64,000 nt of DNA, from positions 164,052,001-164,116,000 of the forward strand of contig OX597814.1 in the NCBI GenBank assembly GCA_951406725.2. Reading direction: 5' to 3'. This DNA comes from Octopus vulgaris. Its lineage: Eukaryota. The notes below the pieces were generated by a model that saw nothing but the letters and a program-made list of their open reading frames with translations, did no database searches and was not told the DNA's origin. Numbering within the stretch: position 1 is the stretch's first letter; every line of letters begins with the position of its first letter. Made by a program: the position numbers and the translations under genes. Below, piece by piece: positions 13,606-25,909 of the stretch.

Positions 13606-15599
13606 GTAGCAGATAATACTTTAATAAGATTGAAATGTGTAGATGTCCCCTTGACAATAAAATTAAGATTTTCTCCCATAGTACTTAAATAAATTTTGTG
13701 AAATCAATTTTTTAATTTCTTAAAATTAGCTCTCCTATTCTTTGAATGTTGCAATCAATTAACCTTAAGGTTTTCGTTTTCTCCGGCTTCGTGGTTACTC
13801 TATAAATAAAGAACTGTGCCCAGATGCCCAGATTTTATAACAATGGTATTTTATATAAAAACCAAGATTACTGACCAGATAATGTCACTGCAACCTTTAG
13901 CAGTGTTTAAATGCGCAAGTGTGTTTATGAAACACTTAGAAACATAGAACATATCTTAATAGAATAATTATTCCAATTAAATTTTAACAGGTGAATATAT
14001 TTTAATTAGAATATGTTACTGATATTTTGCAATGGTTTACCAAGAAATGAAGATTTTTACAGTAAAAAAAAAAGGCAGAGATATGTTAAAATTCCATAAC
14101 AAGAAGGAAAATTCATGCAAACAATATGATAAACATAACTATGGTTTTTGCGCTGCATAAGTAAACTAGTTGGTAACAAATAAAAAGAAATACATTATAT
14201 CATATAAGAATCATGTTTAATTTACTTTAACATGCAAGCCATCTTTTTTTTTTTTTGTTAATATCACAAAAAGATGTATATGCACATGTACATTACATAC
14301 AAAGACAAAGAATTACTGATGAATACAAAAAAAAAGTAAAATACTAAAGGAGTTCCTTCTTGTCAAAAGAATAAAAATAAAAATAAAGAACTGACAAAAA
14401 TAAACTAGGAAAAAAAAAAAACCAGAATTCCAGCACACAGCACTTAACAAAAATGTAATTGTAAACTTCCCATTTCTACAATGCTGACAACGTTAAATTG
14501 CTAGAATCTATTTTTTATGTGATTTTTCTTGAAGTTATTGTTGGTACTCAAAGTTCTTTTATTCCTATTGTTTTTGTGTTATATAGTTAGTTACTCGCAG
14601 ATGGCTTCCCCGCAATAGAATTTTATTTTGTTCTCCCATGTTCTTCACTCATCAACACAAACACACATGCAGAGAGAAAGACAGACAGACAGGAACCAGG
14701 AGGAAGAGCAAGAGAATATATCATGCTTTCTTCCCCCTTAAAACTAAAAGCTGAATAAACCAATGAACAGGGTCAAATAAAACTGCAATTCTGCAGATAT
14801 ATCCAATATGTGTTATAGTGTAATGATGTAAAATTTTGCTGTATTGTAGTTAGTTGGTACTTAACATATTTTTAAAAATCAGATGTTCAGTTTTGTTTTA
14901 TGGTCAAATATCTAGTCTATTAGCTTAAATCTTACAGCATAGTTTTAAGCTATTCTTAGAAATTAGAATAAATTTCTTTTTTACTTACCAAGAATGTGCA
15001 TATTCATGTGTATGTGTGTGTGTGTTTATTTAAGATTATTATTTTACAAATAACTGGATATTTGCTGAAGGACCCAATACTAAAAGTTTTAAAACTAGTC
15101 AAATTATAAAATTCATTTTGACAGCTTACCCAAACATTACTGTACGTATATAAATATACACACACATATAAATACATACATAAACATACACACACACACA
15201 TATATATTATACACATATGTGTGTGTGTGTGTGTGTGTGGCACGTAAAAAGCACCATCCAAACGTGACCGATGATGGTGTTACATAAAGAGCACCCAACC
15301 AATCGTGGCTGCTGCCAGTCTCCTCTGGCCCCTGTGCCGGTGGTACGTAAAAAGCACCCACTATACTCACAGAGTGGTTGGCATTAGGAAGGGCATCCAG
15401 CTGTAGAAACACTGCCAGATCAGACTGGAGCCTGGTGCAGCCTCCTGGCTCCCCAGACCCCGGTCAAACTGTCCAACCCATGCTAGCATGGAAAACGGAC
15501 GTTAAACGATGATGATGATGATATGTGTGTGTATATATATGTATATATATATACATGTATGTATGTATGTTTCATAAACACATTTGCACATTCAGACAC

Positions 15600-16190
15600 T
15601 GCTAAAGGTTGCAGTATACATAGTTTCTGAGCAAGTCAACACTGGCAGAGGATGTTGTGAAAGCATTGTTGCTAGAATAAGAATAGGATTGAGGAAGTTT
15701 AGATAGTTATTACTTCTGTTGACACAAACAGTCTCTCTCTCAGAGTGAAAAGCAGATTGTATGATGCTTCTGTACAAATGCCTATGCTTCGTGGTAGTGA
15801 GAGATGGATCCTGAATGCAGAAACATGTGTAAACTGGAGAGGAATGAAGTTAATATGCTCTAATGGATGTGCAACATCAGTGTGCAAGTGCAACAAAGTG
15901 TAAATATGCTTAGAGAAATGATGGGCATAAGAAAAATCATTTAGCATGCAATAAAGATGAATACATTGGTTTGAACATGTAATGCATCATGAATGAAGAC
16001 AGCTGTATAAAGAAGTGTTGATCATTTAAATTGGATAGCACCTGTGGAAGAGGGATACCCAGGAAGACATGGAATGAAGTAGTGAGGGCTGACCTCGAGA
16101 TGATGGGCCTCATGATGGAGATAACAATGGACCAAGATGTCTGGTGATATGAGGTTCTTGAGAAGAACTGCCCACCTCAGTGAAACTGAA
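15600..16190 (+). mobile_element. RTE LINE ORF 3' fragment (old)
   Basis: ARIRIG..KF, SLRVKSRLYDASVQ..ML.GSE.W, CGRGIPRKTW; homologous to 53152-53770. Confidence 0.75.
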
Positions 16191-17498
16191 ATCAGGGAGT
16201 GCCTTGTATTCCACCCACATGTAACACTAATTCACATACCCTACTCCAATGCATCAAATTAAATTTTTTCATGTACTATGCTTTTCTCCACCATCCCACT
16301 CAATCCTATAGCTCAATACAGCTCCATCATCTCTCTCCCCTATCCTCCCTCTACCAACTGTATCATTGCTATCCTGTCACTCCTCCATATACTTATGTTC
16401 CATCACTCACTGAATTCTCTGCCTTTTCCTCCCCTCTTGCACCTTCATGAACTTCCTACTCATGCACTCTCAGCAATTCTCCGCCTTTCCATTTTTATTC
16501 ACATCCTTGTAACTTGAGAGTATGCCCTGGCATATCATCACCATCTCTCTCTCTCTCTGACTTAGATAACCATGTTTCTCCTCTACAGCAACACAGCTGT
16601 TTTTGTCCCTTTATCACCATATAACCTCTCATCACCTGGCACAAAGCCACCTCCTTCAACACCACTCTCCCTCACCATTAAAGGATCTCTGTCTTGCAAG
16701 TTATGTGGTAACCTCACAGTGCCGGTGCTACATAAAAAGTACCCAGTCCATTCTTGTAAAGTGGCTGGTATTAGGAAGAACATCCAGCTGTAAAAATCAT
16801 AGCAAAGCAGACAGTGGAACTTGGCACAGTCCTTAGGTTTACCAGCTCCTGTCAAACCGTCAAACCTATGCCAGCATGAAAAACAGATATTTTATGATGA
16901 TAATATATATATTTATATATATCTTACCATCATTATCATCACTGTTTAAAAGTCTACCTTTTTCATGCTCCCATAGGTCAGATGGAATCTGCTGATGCAG
17001 ATTTCTGACATCTGGTTACCCTTCCTGTAGAAAATTTTACCTGTTCCCAAGCAAGATGAGTTTTTTCCATGGCCAGACAAGAGTAGAAAAGAACACCACT
17101 TGTATGATAACATTCATATACAACTATTATGCAATCAAGACAAAGTGACGTTAACATGCACTAATGTATGCATACATTCACACGTTCATATACACACAAT
17201 GAACTTCTTTCAATTTTTATCTACTAACTGGGCTAATCAAAGCCACCCACAAGGTTTTGGTTAGCCCAGTGCTATAGTAGAATACACTAACCCAAGATGC
17301 CACATAGTGGAATTGGACCTGAAAACATCTTGTTGGAAAGTAAGCTTCTTAACTACACAGCCAAGCCTACATGTGTGTGTGTGTAAGCATGGCCATGTAG
17401 AAATTTTGTGATTTTAGGTTACACACCTTGGAAAAAAGATTTTCTACTGCACCATCAAGTTCCTGACTAATGCCCTGTGAGTGAAATTGATAGACAGA

Positions 17499-17539
<41 letters not shown>

Positions 17540-18404
17540 TGTGTGTGCACGCACCAGTGATGTCACAACTCATTTCTACAGCTGAGTAAACTGGAGCAAT
17601 GTGAAATAAAGTGTCTTACTCAAGAACACAACACACAACCCAGTCCAGGAATCAAACTCACTACCTCATGATTGTGAGCCCGATATATTAACCACTGAGC
17701 CATGTGCTTTCACTAGCAGGTGCATCTGTCACAAAACTAGACATAAAACAGTTTGAGTGAGGTTTGTCGTTTCCCAGTTAAACTGCAATGGAGCACACTC
17801 AAGATGTAATGTACTCTAAGTTATGGCCAGATGTTTTTCCTATATGCAAGGAAACCTAGACTAAATACATATATTTGTTGTGTGTGTGTGTAACATTGCC
17901 AGTTAATATCAATTTATTGAAAACACAAGCAATGAAACCAAATTTAGTAACCAGAAATACATCCACTTATTAAATACCACATAACTCATGTCACAGTTGA
18001 GTATACCATCTGGAAGACTAAACATAAACATGACAAATTTTTGCTTCAGCACATGCCCTATCTACTTGATTGCAATAAATGTATGCTAACATACAAGCAC
18101 ATACACATTTATATTTCACATGTTACTGACAAAAAATGTCACTGAAGAAAAGGATGGAAAACAGAATTCAGTTTGTTTCTGCAGATGCACAATCTAATGC
18201 ACGTTTCATTCAACTTCTGAACATGTTCAGCCATCAGCCAAAACAGAAATCAGTTTTCTCATATCATATAAAATATATTTGTGTGTGTGTGTGAGAGAGA
18301 GAGAGATAGAGAAAGAAAGAGAGAGCGAGACCAACCTGTGACTAGAAATGTATTTTAGTTGTGTATGTTGTTTCTATGCAAGGTATTTCTCTTTTAAAAA
18401 TAAA

Positions 18405-18640
18405 AAAATAAATAAATGCGCCCTTTTAAAGCCTAGCCAGGTTCATGGGCCCAGTTTCCCGGTTTCAATAGCGTATGTGTTCCCCAGCTGGACGGGATGC
18501 CAGTCCATCACAGGATTACTCATTTTTGCCAGCTGAGTGGACTGGAGCAATGTGAAATGAAGTGTTTTGCTCAAAAACACAACACGTCGCCCAGTCCAAG
18601 AATCGAAACCACAATCTTACGATCATGATGCTGACACCCC
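18405..18640 (-). mobile_element. tRNA-derived SINE with V-domain-like segment
   Basis: Shares head and central domain with the 32951 family, but the 3' half is CCTGTGATGGACTGGCATCCCGTCCAGC...GGCTTTAAAAGGGCGCATTTATTT. Confidence 0.65.
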
Positions 18641-19347
18641 TCTTTCAGCTGCAAGTAATTTTATTGTGCAAACTAGAAGTAGCTTAGCTCTAAAATGGAG
18701 TGGATCTACAAAAGAGGTTTCAGTCAAGACCATCCCATGTTTTCATTCATATGTGTAAGATACCTAAGATCACATTATCAAATGTGTCCTTTTCTAGAGT
18801 GGTTAAGTTATGATTTCAGGAAGATATGGCTGCTGTTTCTAGTAGGCAGTGATTTTAGTGAGATATGGCCAATATTTATAACACATCTAGCAACCATGTA
18901 CAAGCCAGAACCTCATTTTCTCCTGTGTCCTTTTAAGATGGTAAGCCAACATAAGTACAGAACTTGAAGTACTAGGACCACAATATGCAATGTGTCCTTT
19001 GTAAAACAGCAGTACGTGTACTGAGTGGAATTTGCTGCTGTTTCCAGAAGGTCAAGCAATTACTGGTTTGTGTTGTTGCTTATGTAGTTCGGCAATGGTG
19101 AAAGATATTCCAATCATGACCACCCCATGCTTTTCATATGAGCAAAGAACATAATTAAAACATGTCTGTTCAAAGATGTTAGCCTGTAGTTTGAGAGAGA
19201 AAGATGGCTACTATTTCTAGCAGGAGTACCTACCATGTAAACATACTTGAGGCAGAAGGCTGTGATTTGACTGAAATCTGGCCACCCCACAAGTTAACAG
19301 TAAGGGAGTAGACTTTTGATGAAAGGTAGTCTATCCATGGCCATCCT

Positions 19348-19413
<66 letters not shown>

Positions 19414-19738
19414 TGTGCGTATACAATTTTGTCAGTTGGTGTCACTTTACTGGGAACACAGGCAACAAAAACTAGGCCTTATCCAGAAAGCAGAAAACAA
19501 AGATATTACACATTTTTCCCTTCTGCTTAAGCACAGTTGTCTTGGTTTCTAGAAACATCTGCTAACCCATATATGCATGTGCAGGATACATGCATGCAAA
19601 CGTGTAATACACACACACTGAGATACACTACACGTGTTTATGAGAAAATTCAATAAAGAAAACAGTAGAAAATACACATTGATTTACTTCTGCACATACA
19701 TTGTCTATGTGGTTTCAAACAACCTCTGCATATATATA

Positions 19739-20458
19739 CTAGCATTAAAGACCCGTCGTTGCCGGGTCATAGTGCTAGTGCATGTATATATGTGCACATA
19801 TTACATGTACATCTATATATATACATCTACACATAAAATGCAAAATACAAAGTTATATCTCGATATCGCTAGTGATAACAATACTCAAAATATATAACAG
19901 ACTGGAATTGTTAGCTCTTTTTTTTCTCTACATTGTATACTTTATAGACAATAATCTTTTCTTTAATTTAATTTTTTATTATCCATCTGGACTATTTCAT
20001 TTCTGCATGTTAATTTTATTTTTAATTTATTCCCATTCATGTGAAACCACTTATTCAAGTTCAAATCATTGATGCAATTTTATACCAATTGCTATTTTTA
20101 CTTTTGTTATGTTACAATTATATTAAACTTTAGTTTGATTTTAATTATTACTTACTACATATAATTCAATTGTTATTATTATTTTTATTGTTAAAGTGAA
20201 AGCATCTGACATAAAATAGAGAAATATTTTTGTTTCACTTTTAACACGAAATACTGAAATAGTGGAGAAGATATGATATTGCTATGGGCTCGCTCTAGGC
20301 AAGAAGTTGAACATTTTTTTTTTTGCCGATGACACTCCCTGGACCCTAAGTAAGGCATGTGTAAAATTTGAATGAAATTGGTAGTGTAGTTCTCAAGTTT
20401 TAGGGAAACACACAGACAGACAGACAGACACACATTCTCAGTTTTATATATATAAAGA
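19739..20458 (-). mobile_element. Complete non-autonomous Helitron (~720 bp)
   Basis: Minus strand A|TCTTTATATATATAAAACTGAGAATGTGTG(TCTG)n ... GACCCGGCAACGACGGGTC hairpin, TTTAATG, CTAG|T; inserted in a TA tract without TSD. Confidence 0.8.
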
Positions 20459-21529
20459 TATATATATATAGGCACAGGAGTGGCAGTGTGATGAGTAGCT
20501 TACTTACCAGACAGTTCCGTGTGTGTGTGTAGGGGACTGAGACTCCTGGTGGCTTGCTGAGCCTGAGAAGACATGTCAAGCTAAGTAAGAGCATGATTAT
20601 CCTTGAATACAAGCATATCCCCTGCATCCCTCTCCTCCTAATGCTGCAGGATCATGAGTACTAGTGTCACATAAAAAGCACCCTACCAGTGCTGTGTAAA
20701 AGCACCCAGTACACTCTGTAAAGTGGTTGGTATTAGGAAGCGTATCCAGCCATAGAAACCATGCCAAAACAGACATGAAACATGGGCAGTTCTTCATCTG
20801 GCCAGCTCCTGTCAAACCATCCAACCCATGCCAGCATAAGCAAAAAATGTGGTTATGTGATGATGAATGGAGTTGGCAACACTTTCTCAAGTAATTGCTG
20901 GTTTGTTGGCTTTTATGAAACACATGTACATTATATAAAACATTAATGCCGATAACATTTTCTGTGTTCATTTTTATATATGGCGCATGACCCTCACACA
21001 CTATCTTATCAGGAATTCTGAGGACAGTCCAACCATGATGGAGATAGCTGAGTGTGAAATCGATCTACCATATATATACATGTACACACACACACATGAA
21101 TATGTGTGGGTGTGTGTATTTATTGTATGTGTATGCAAATGTATGTGTGTGTATATATATATATATACACACACACACCATTTTATATACATAAGATTTT
21201 AAATGCAAACAACTTATCATGGAGATCATTGTTGACTTAATTTCGTTCATTAATCTTATCAGAAGATACAAGTTTATTTCTAATATCAGATTTTACTTTA
21301 ACTTGGAAAGGGTTAAAATCCAATATAAGAAACCATAAAAACTCTAAAGATAAGTTCATATTTTCTGATAAAACTAATAACTCATATGAGTGATCTGCAT
21401 GATAAGTTTCTTGCATTTAAATCCTGTGTATATTTATCTCTCACTGGGGGAGAGAGTACTTTTTTCTTGTTGATCCCACCAATAACCCAAAAGACACTAT
21501 ATATATAGTGTGTGTGTGTGTATTATGCA

Positions 21530-21920
21530 GTTGAGAACAGCTGTGTAAAGAAGTGCAGATCTCTAACTGTTGAGAGAACCTGTGGAAGAGGTAGACCCAG
21601 GAAGACATGGGATGAGGTAATGAAACATGATCTTCGAATGTGGGATGTCACAGAGGTGATGACAAGCAATCAAGACCTTTGGTGATGGCTGTGCTTGAGA
21701 AGACTTGTCAAGCCAAGTGAAATCATAACTGTTGCTAGTAACGGTGACAAATAACAGCATCCGTGCTGGTGACACATAAGAGCATCCATGCTGGTAACAT
21801 GTAAAAGCACCAGTGCCAGTCAGACGTTAAAGGTACCCACAACACTCTCAGTGTGGTTGGAGTTAGGAAGGGCATCCAGCTGTAGAAACCAAGTTAAAAT
21901 CAGACTGGAACCTGGTGTAA

Positions 21921-21925
<5 letters not shown>
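21530..21925 (+). mobile_element. RTE LINE 3' fragment
   Basis: TCGRGRPRKTWDEV coding remnant followed by the repeat-bearing 3' UTR; the tail resumes at about 22975-23059 after nested insertions. Confidence 0.75.
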
Positions 21926-21964
<39 letters not shown>

Positions 21965-22004
21965 ATGTATGTATATGTATCTATGTATATGTATGTATGT
22001 ATGT

Positions 22005-22176
22005 ATTCACCACAACACACATTTTTTTCCTCTCCTTGTTTCTTTCTGTGTTCCTTTCTGTGGAAGAGCGTAGGCTCGAAACGTTAAAGACTTTTCAATT
22101 CCCGAGCATTATATTAATATATCTGTTTGTTTTCTACACCACCTGTCTTCATCTTTTTTTTTTGTGAATTCTCCCT
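22005..22176 (+). mobile_element. Penelope-like element terminal-repeat fragment
   Basis: Pyrimidine-rich flanks around CTGTGGAAGAGCGTAGGCTCGAAACGTT, the layout typical of Penelope-like pseudo-LTRs; embedded in TA microsatellite. Confidence 0.55.
22054..22089 (+). ncRNA. Minimal type I hammerhead-ribozyme-like motif (variant core)
   Basis: CTTT-CTGTGGA-A-GAGC(GTAG)GCTC-GAAA-CG-TT-AAAG: stem I CTTT/AAAG, stem II GAGC/GCTC, palindromic stem III. The core departs from CUGANGA at A6. Confidence 0.5.
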
Positions 22177-22666
22177 ATATATATATATATATATTATCAT
22201 CATCATCCTTTAACGCCCGCTTTCCATGCTAGCATAGGCTGGACAATTTGACTGAGGACTGGCAAACCAGATGGCTGCGCCAGGCTCCAATCTGATCTGG
22301 CAGAGTTTCTACAGCTGGATGCCCTTCCTAACGCCAACCACTCCGAGAGTGTAGTGGGTGCTTTTACATGCCACCTGGCAATGGCCACGCTTGAAATGGT
22401 GTTTTTTACGTGCCACTTGCACAGAAGTCAGTCCAGTGGCACTGGCAACGACCTTGCTCGAATGTTTTGTTCACGTGCCAGTAAGGCGACGTTGGTAACG
22501 ATCACGCTCAAATGGTGCTTTTTACGTGCCCACTGGCACAAAAGCCAGACAGCTGCTCCGGCAGTGATCCCGCTCATATGTATATATATGTATATATATA
22601 CATGTATGTATATATATATATGTGTATGTATATATACATGTATGTATATATAGTTTGTATACATAT

Positions 22667-22706
<40 letters not shown>

Positions 22707-22708
<2 letters not shown>

Positions 22709-22908
22709 AAAAAAATGATGGTAAATTTTTTTTTTTAGTTAAAAAGGTCGACTTGCGTCCCCTAGACAGTCTGTGGTTTGTGTTTCTGATTCTCAACCCC
22801 ATGTCGAATTTATCGATTTTTTTCAGAACTGGGGGAACTGGGTGAGGGTACAACCTGACAGACACACAGAAACACGCACAGACAAACTGCCGTTTATATA
22901 TAGAGAGA
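22707..22908 (-). mobile_element. Helitron-like 5' fragment (different family, 3' truncated)
   Basis: A|TCTCTCTATATATAAACGGCAGTTTGTCTGTGCGTGTTTCTGTGTGTCTGTC start; CpG retained; bounded by TA microsatellites; no 3' hairpin or CTAG. Confidence 0.5.
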
Positions 22909-25302
22909 TATATATATATGTATGTATGTATGTATGTATTGTACAGATATATATATATACACACAGATATATTGATGCAGTCTCCTGGCTCGCCAATACC
23001 TGTCAAACCATTCAACCCATGCCAGCATGGAAGACAGACATTAAATGATGATGATGATGTATAGCTAAACAGCAAAGAAGCATAAATTTCACATATAGTT
23101 CATACTTTGTTTTCAACAGCTGTTTCATTATGACAAACATGATTGTGATACATAGTAATTTAAATAAAATAAATTTAAATAAATTTAATTTAAAACATAA
23201 ATACATGAATACGCACACACATACGCACATTATCCTCATTCTATGTCCATTGCTCATGCTGGCATGGGCTGAGCTGCACAGGTCTGCTCACCTAGACAGT
23301 TCAGAGGAACCTCATCCTGTTTGTGTTTCCTTTTGGTTTGGTTCTATGCACATTGTACAGAGTATACAGGGTGCATTTTTCATGACACTAGCACTACTGA
23401 TATAGCCATTTCCTCATCACAACTAAAGAGACCTTACAACCCCTTGTCTCTGCTTGGTGGTCCAACTCTCTACAGAGCAAGAAGCATGAGTGACAGTGGC
23501 ATGAATGATAGTAATGGAAGAGATGTGTGAATAGTGATATGGGTGACAGGAGTACTCAGTAGGCTGACATAGGTACAAATATTCAAAACAATATGACTGA
23601 AATGGCAAAATGGTGAGATAAGACTATGTTGCCCAGGATATGTGGAACAAAAGGAATATGAGTATACTGGCAGTCAGACTGACCTGGGGAGATGACAGGC
23701 TGTACAGGAAGGAAGGGAAAAGGTAGAACAAATGGAGCATAAGTGGTCCAGTGTAGCCACCTATCCATATGTATGGTGATGAGCTAGAAGGGTTGAGTGA
23801 TGAGGGTGATGGTATGGTGAAAGCAAATTAGATGGGTCTTGTACCAGTAAGTGATATAAAGGAGTAATGGTAGAGGATCGGAATATGTACATTGGCATCC
23901 TGATTAGAGGTAATTAGCAGTGTACAGAAGAGATCTAGTGCCATCCTCAGTCACACTGGTATATAGTAGAGAGAGAAATGAAAAGAGGAATTAGTCACTG
24001 ATTGATGAGCAATACATATGGGTGAAAGAAAGCAATGTATGTCAAGCAATAAAGACAAGGATGAGAGAGTGCAATGTGTAGTGAAAAGAAGAGAGAACCA
24101 CCACCATCCTTAGTCATATTGGTAGCACTGCAAAACTGCAACTGATTAGAGGGGAATGAATAAGTGGCATAGATGCCGGAAGCAAGAACAAGAAAAATGA
24201 CAGACATAGATGAAAGGGAACAGGGTGACAGTGGTATGGGCAATAGACAACTGAATGATAGAGATATGTGGTGCAAGGGATAAGAGATAGAGCAGCAAGT
24301 GATATCGGCATTAAAGGGGTTAGGGTTATCAAAGAAGTCAATGATATAGACTAGATGGTAAGCAGATATGCATGCATACGTACATGCTCACATGTACATA
24401 GCTTAACAACACCTGCTTTTGAGTGTGTGTGTGTGGATAGGCAAACAGATAGATAATGAATGTATAATTTAACTTCCAGTTTGCTGCAGCTGGGCAAGGG
24501 ATTGGGTCTTCTCCCACGCAGCATACTGCCGATCAATGCATGTGCATTAGTGTATATGAGTATACGTATTTATGAGAGAAAGAGAGAGAGAGGAAGTGTG
24601 TGTGTATGTGCACGTGTGTGTGTGCATGTGTTATGCATTTTGTTTAAATCTTCATAAGGAACAAATGAGGCTTTCTATGTATTTTGATCTTCTACTTTTC
24701 TGGAGCACAACATGGTGGTCTCTTCACTTTCTAAAAGTGTAGAACATCATTTACAGTATCGTGAAGGGAGAGAGAGAGAGAGAGAGTGTGTGTGTGTGTA
24801 TGTGTGTGTACTCACACATTAAAGCACACTCCAGTGAACATTATAGCCTTAAATTGTTCTTACTATAACAAGCAACAATTAAACAGAAACACTTAACAGA
24901 ATGAACATATCAAATACTGCCCCTACAGAACATGGCTAAATACTTCATTAATTAGATTGCAAAAGTATTCAGCTAATTAATTACATTTGTCTGAATGGAG
25001 TGAAGAAACTGTTTTCCTTTCACAAATCTTATCCTGTACTATAATAATATATTTTCATACTCTTACACTTTAGCTGTGAAATTTCATGAATGAGGAAACC
25101 ATAAGCTAGAGGCATTTTTCTCAACAGAATTCAGTATATGTTCCTTACAATATGCTTTTATTAGCAGTACATATTATCTACAGTGTTCCGTTTTACCAAT
25201 ATGAAGTCATATACTATTACATATATTGAGTATATTTTCATATACTTTCATATTCATCATCATCATCATGTATTAATAAATAGGGAAATATCAACTTATT
25301 AT

Positions 25303-25530
25303 TTAACCCTTTAGCATTTAATCCAACCATATTTGACCCAAATATTCTACTTGTTTTATGCTAAAACTGACCAGATCCAACCTCTTACACCTACCTTACA
25401 ATGTCATTGTAAAAATATACAAACACACCATTAAAATCTTGAAGCCACAAAATGATGTGTGATTAATTCAAAACAATGTAAATAAATAATCATTAGATTT
25501 AGCAAAGAAATCTGAATGCTAAAGAGTTAA
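25303..25530. mobile_element. TTAA-flanked MITE
   Basis: TTAACCCTTTAGCATT...AATGCTAAAGAGTTAA; reverse orientation relative to the 12239 copy. Confidence 0.85.
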
Positions 25531-25909
25531 ACAAAATATGCACAATGCTGATATTTGTGCTTCAGTATAAATTCTGTTTAAAAAAACTGAAAGCAAAGTT
25601 CTAATAACAAGAATTCAGACACCGCAGTAAAAGTGCATCTCACATAATAGCAGACAGCTGACTGCTTTTTCTTCTGATTTCTGCTAACTACAGTATAATA
25701 CATATTATTTACTTTGTGCAAGAGACAGAATTCAGGCCTTTCCTTTTTTTATTTTGTAAAGTGATACAAACTTGAAGCAAGTATAAAATCACAAGCAACA
25801 AATCATCTGTACTGCTCTCTATTTGTTTTTTACTTGTTCTTTTTTTGATTTTTTTTTTGTTTTTTATGCAAATGAATAACTCAACTTTGTTGTACTTTAT
25901 ATATTTCAG

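Noticed and set aside
15130-15139. Possible 10 nt microexon cag|TAATGTTTGG|gtaagc
   Set aside because: Acceptor side is AT/GT microsatellite with no pyrimidine tract; frame-disrupting; no support.
21215-21280. Minus-strand LIRLMNEIKSTMISM, reminiscent of TMX3 KRIVFDAKSTIVSI
   Set aside because: No preceding GG motif, no GT donor or good acceptor, and the intervening exons are missing; probably chance.
22428-23075. 215 aa ORF and the many similar YIYI/HTHT/CVCV ORFs
   Set aside because: Read-through of stop-free dinucleotide microsatellites and SINEs; no protein-like content.
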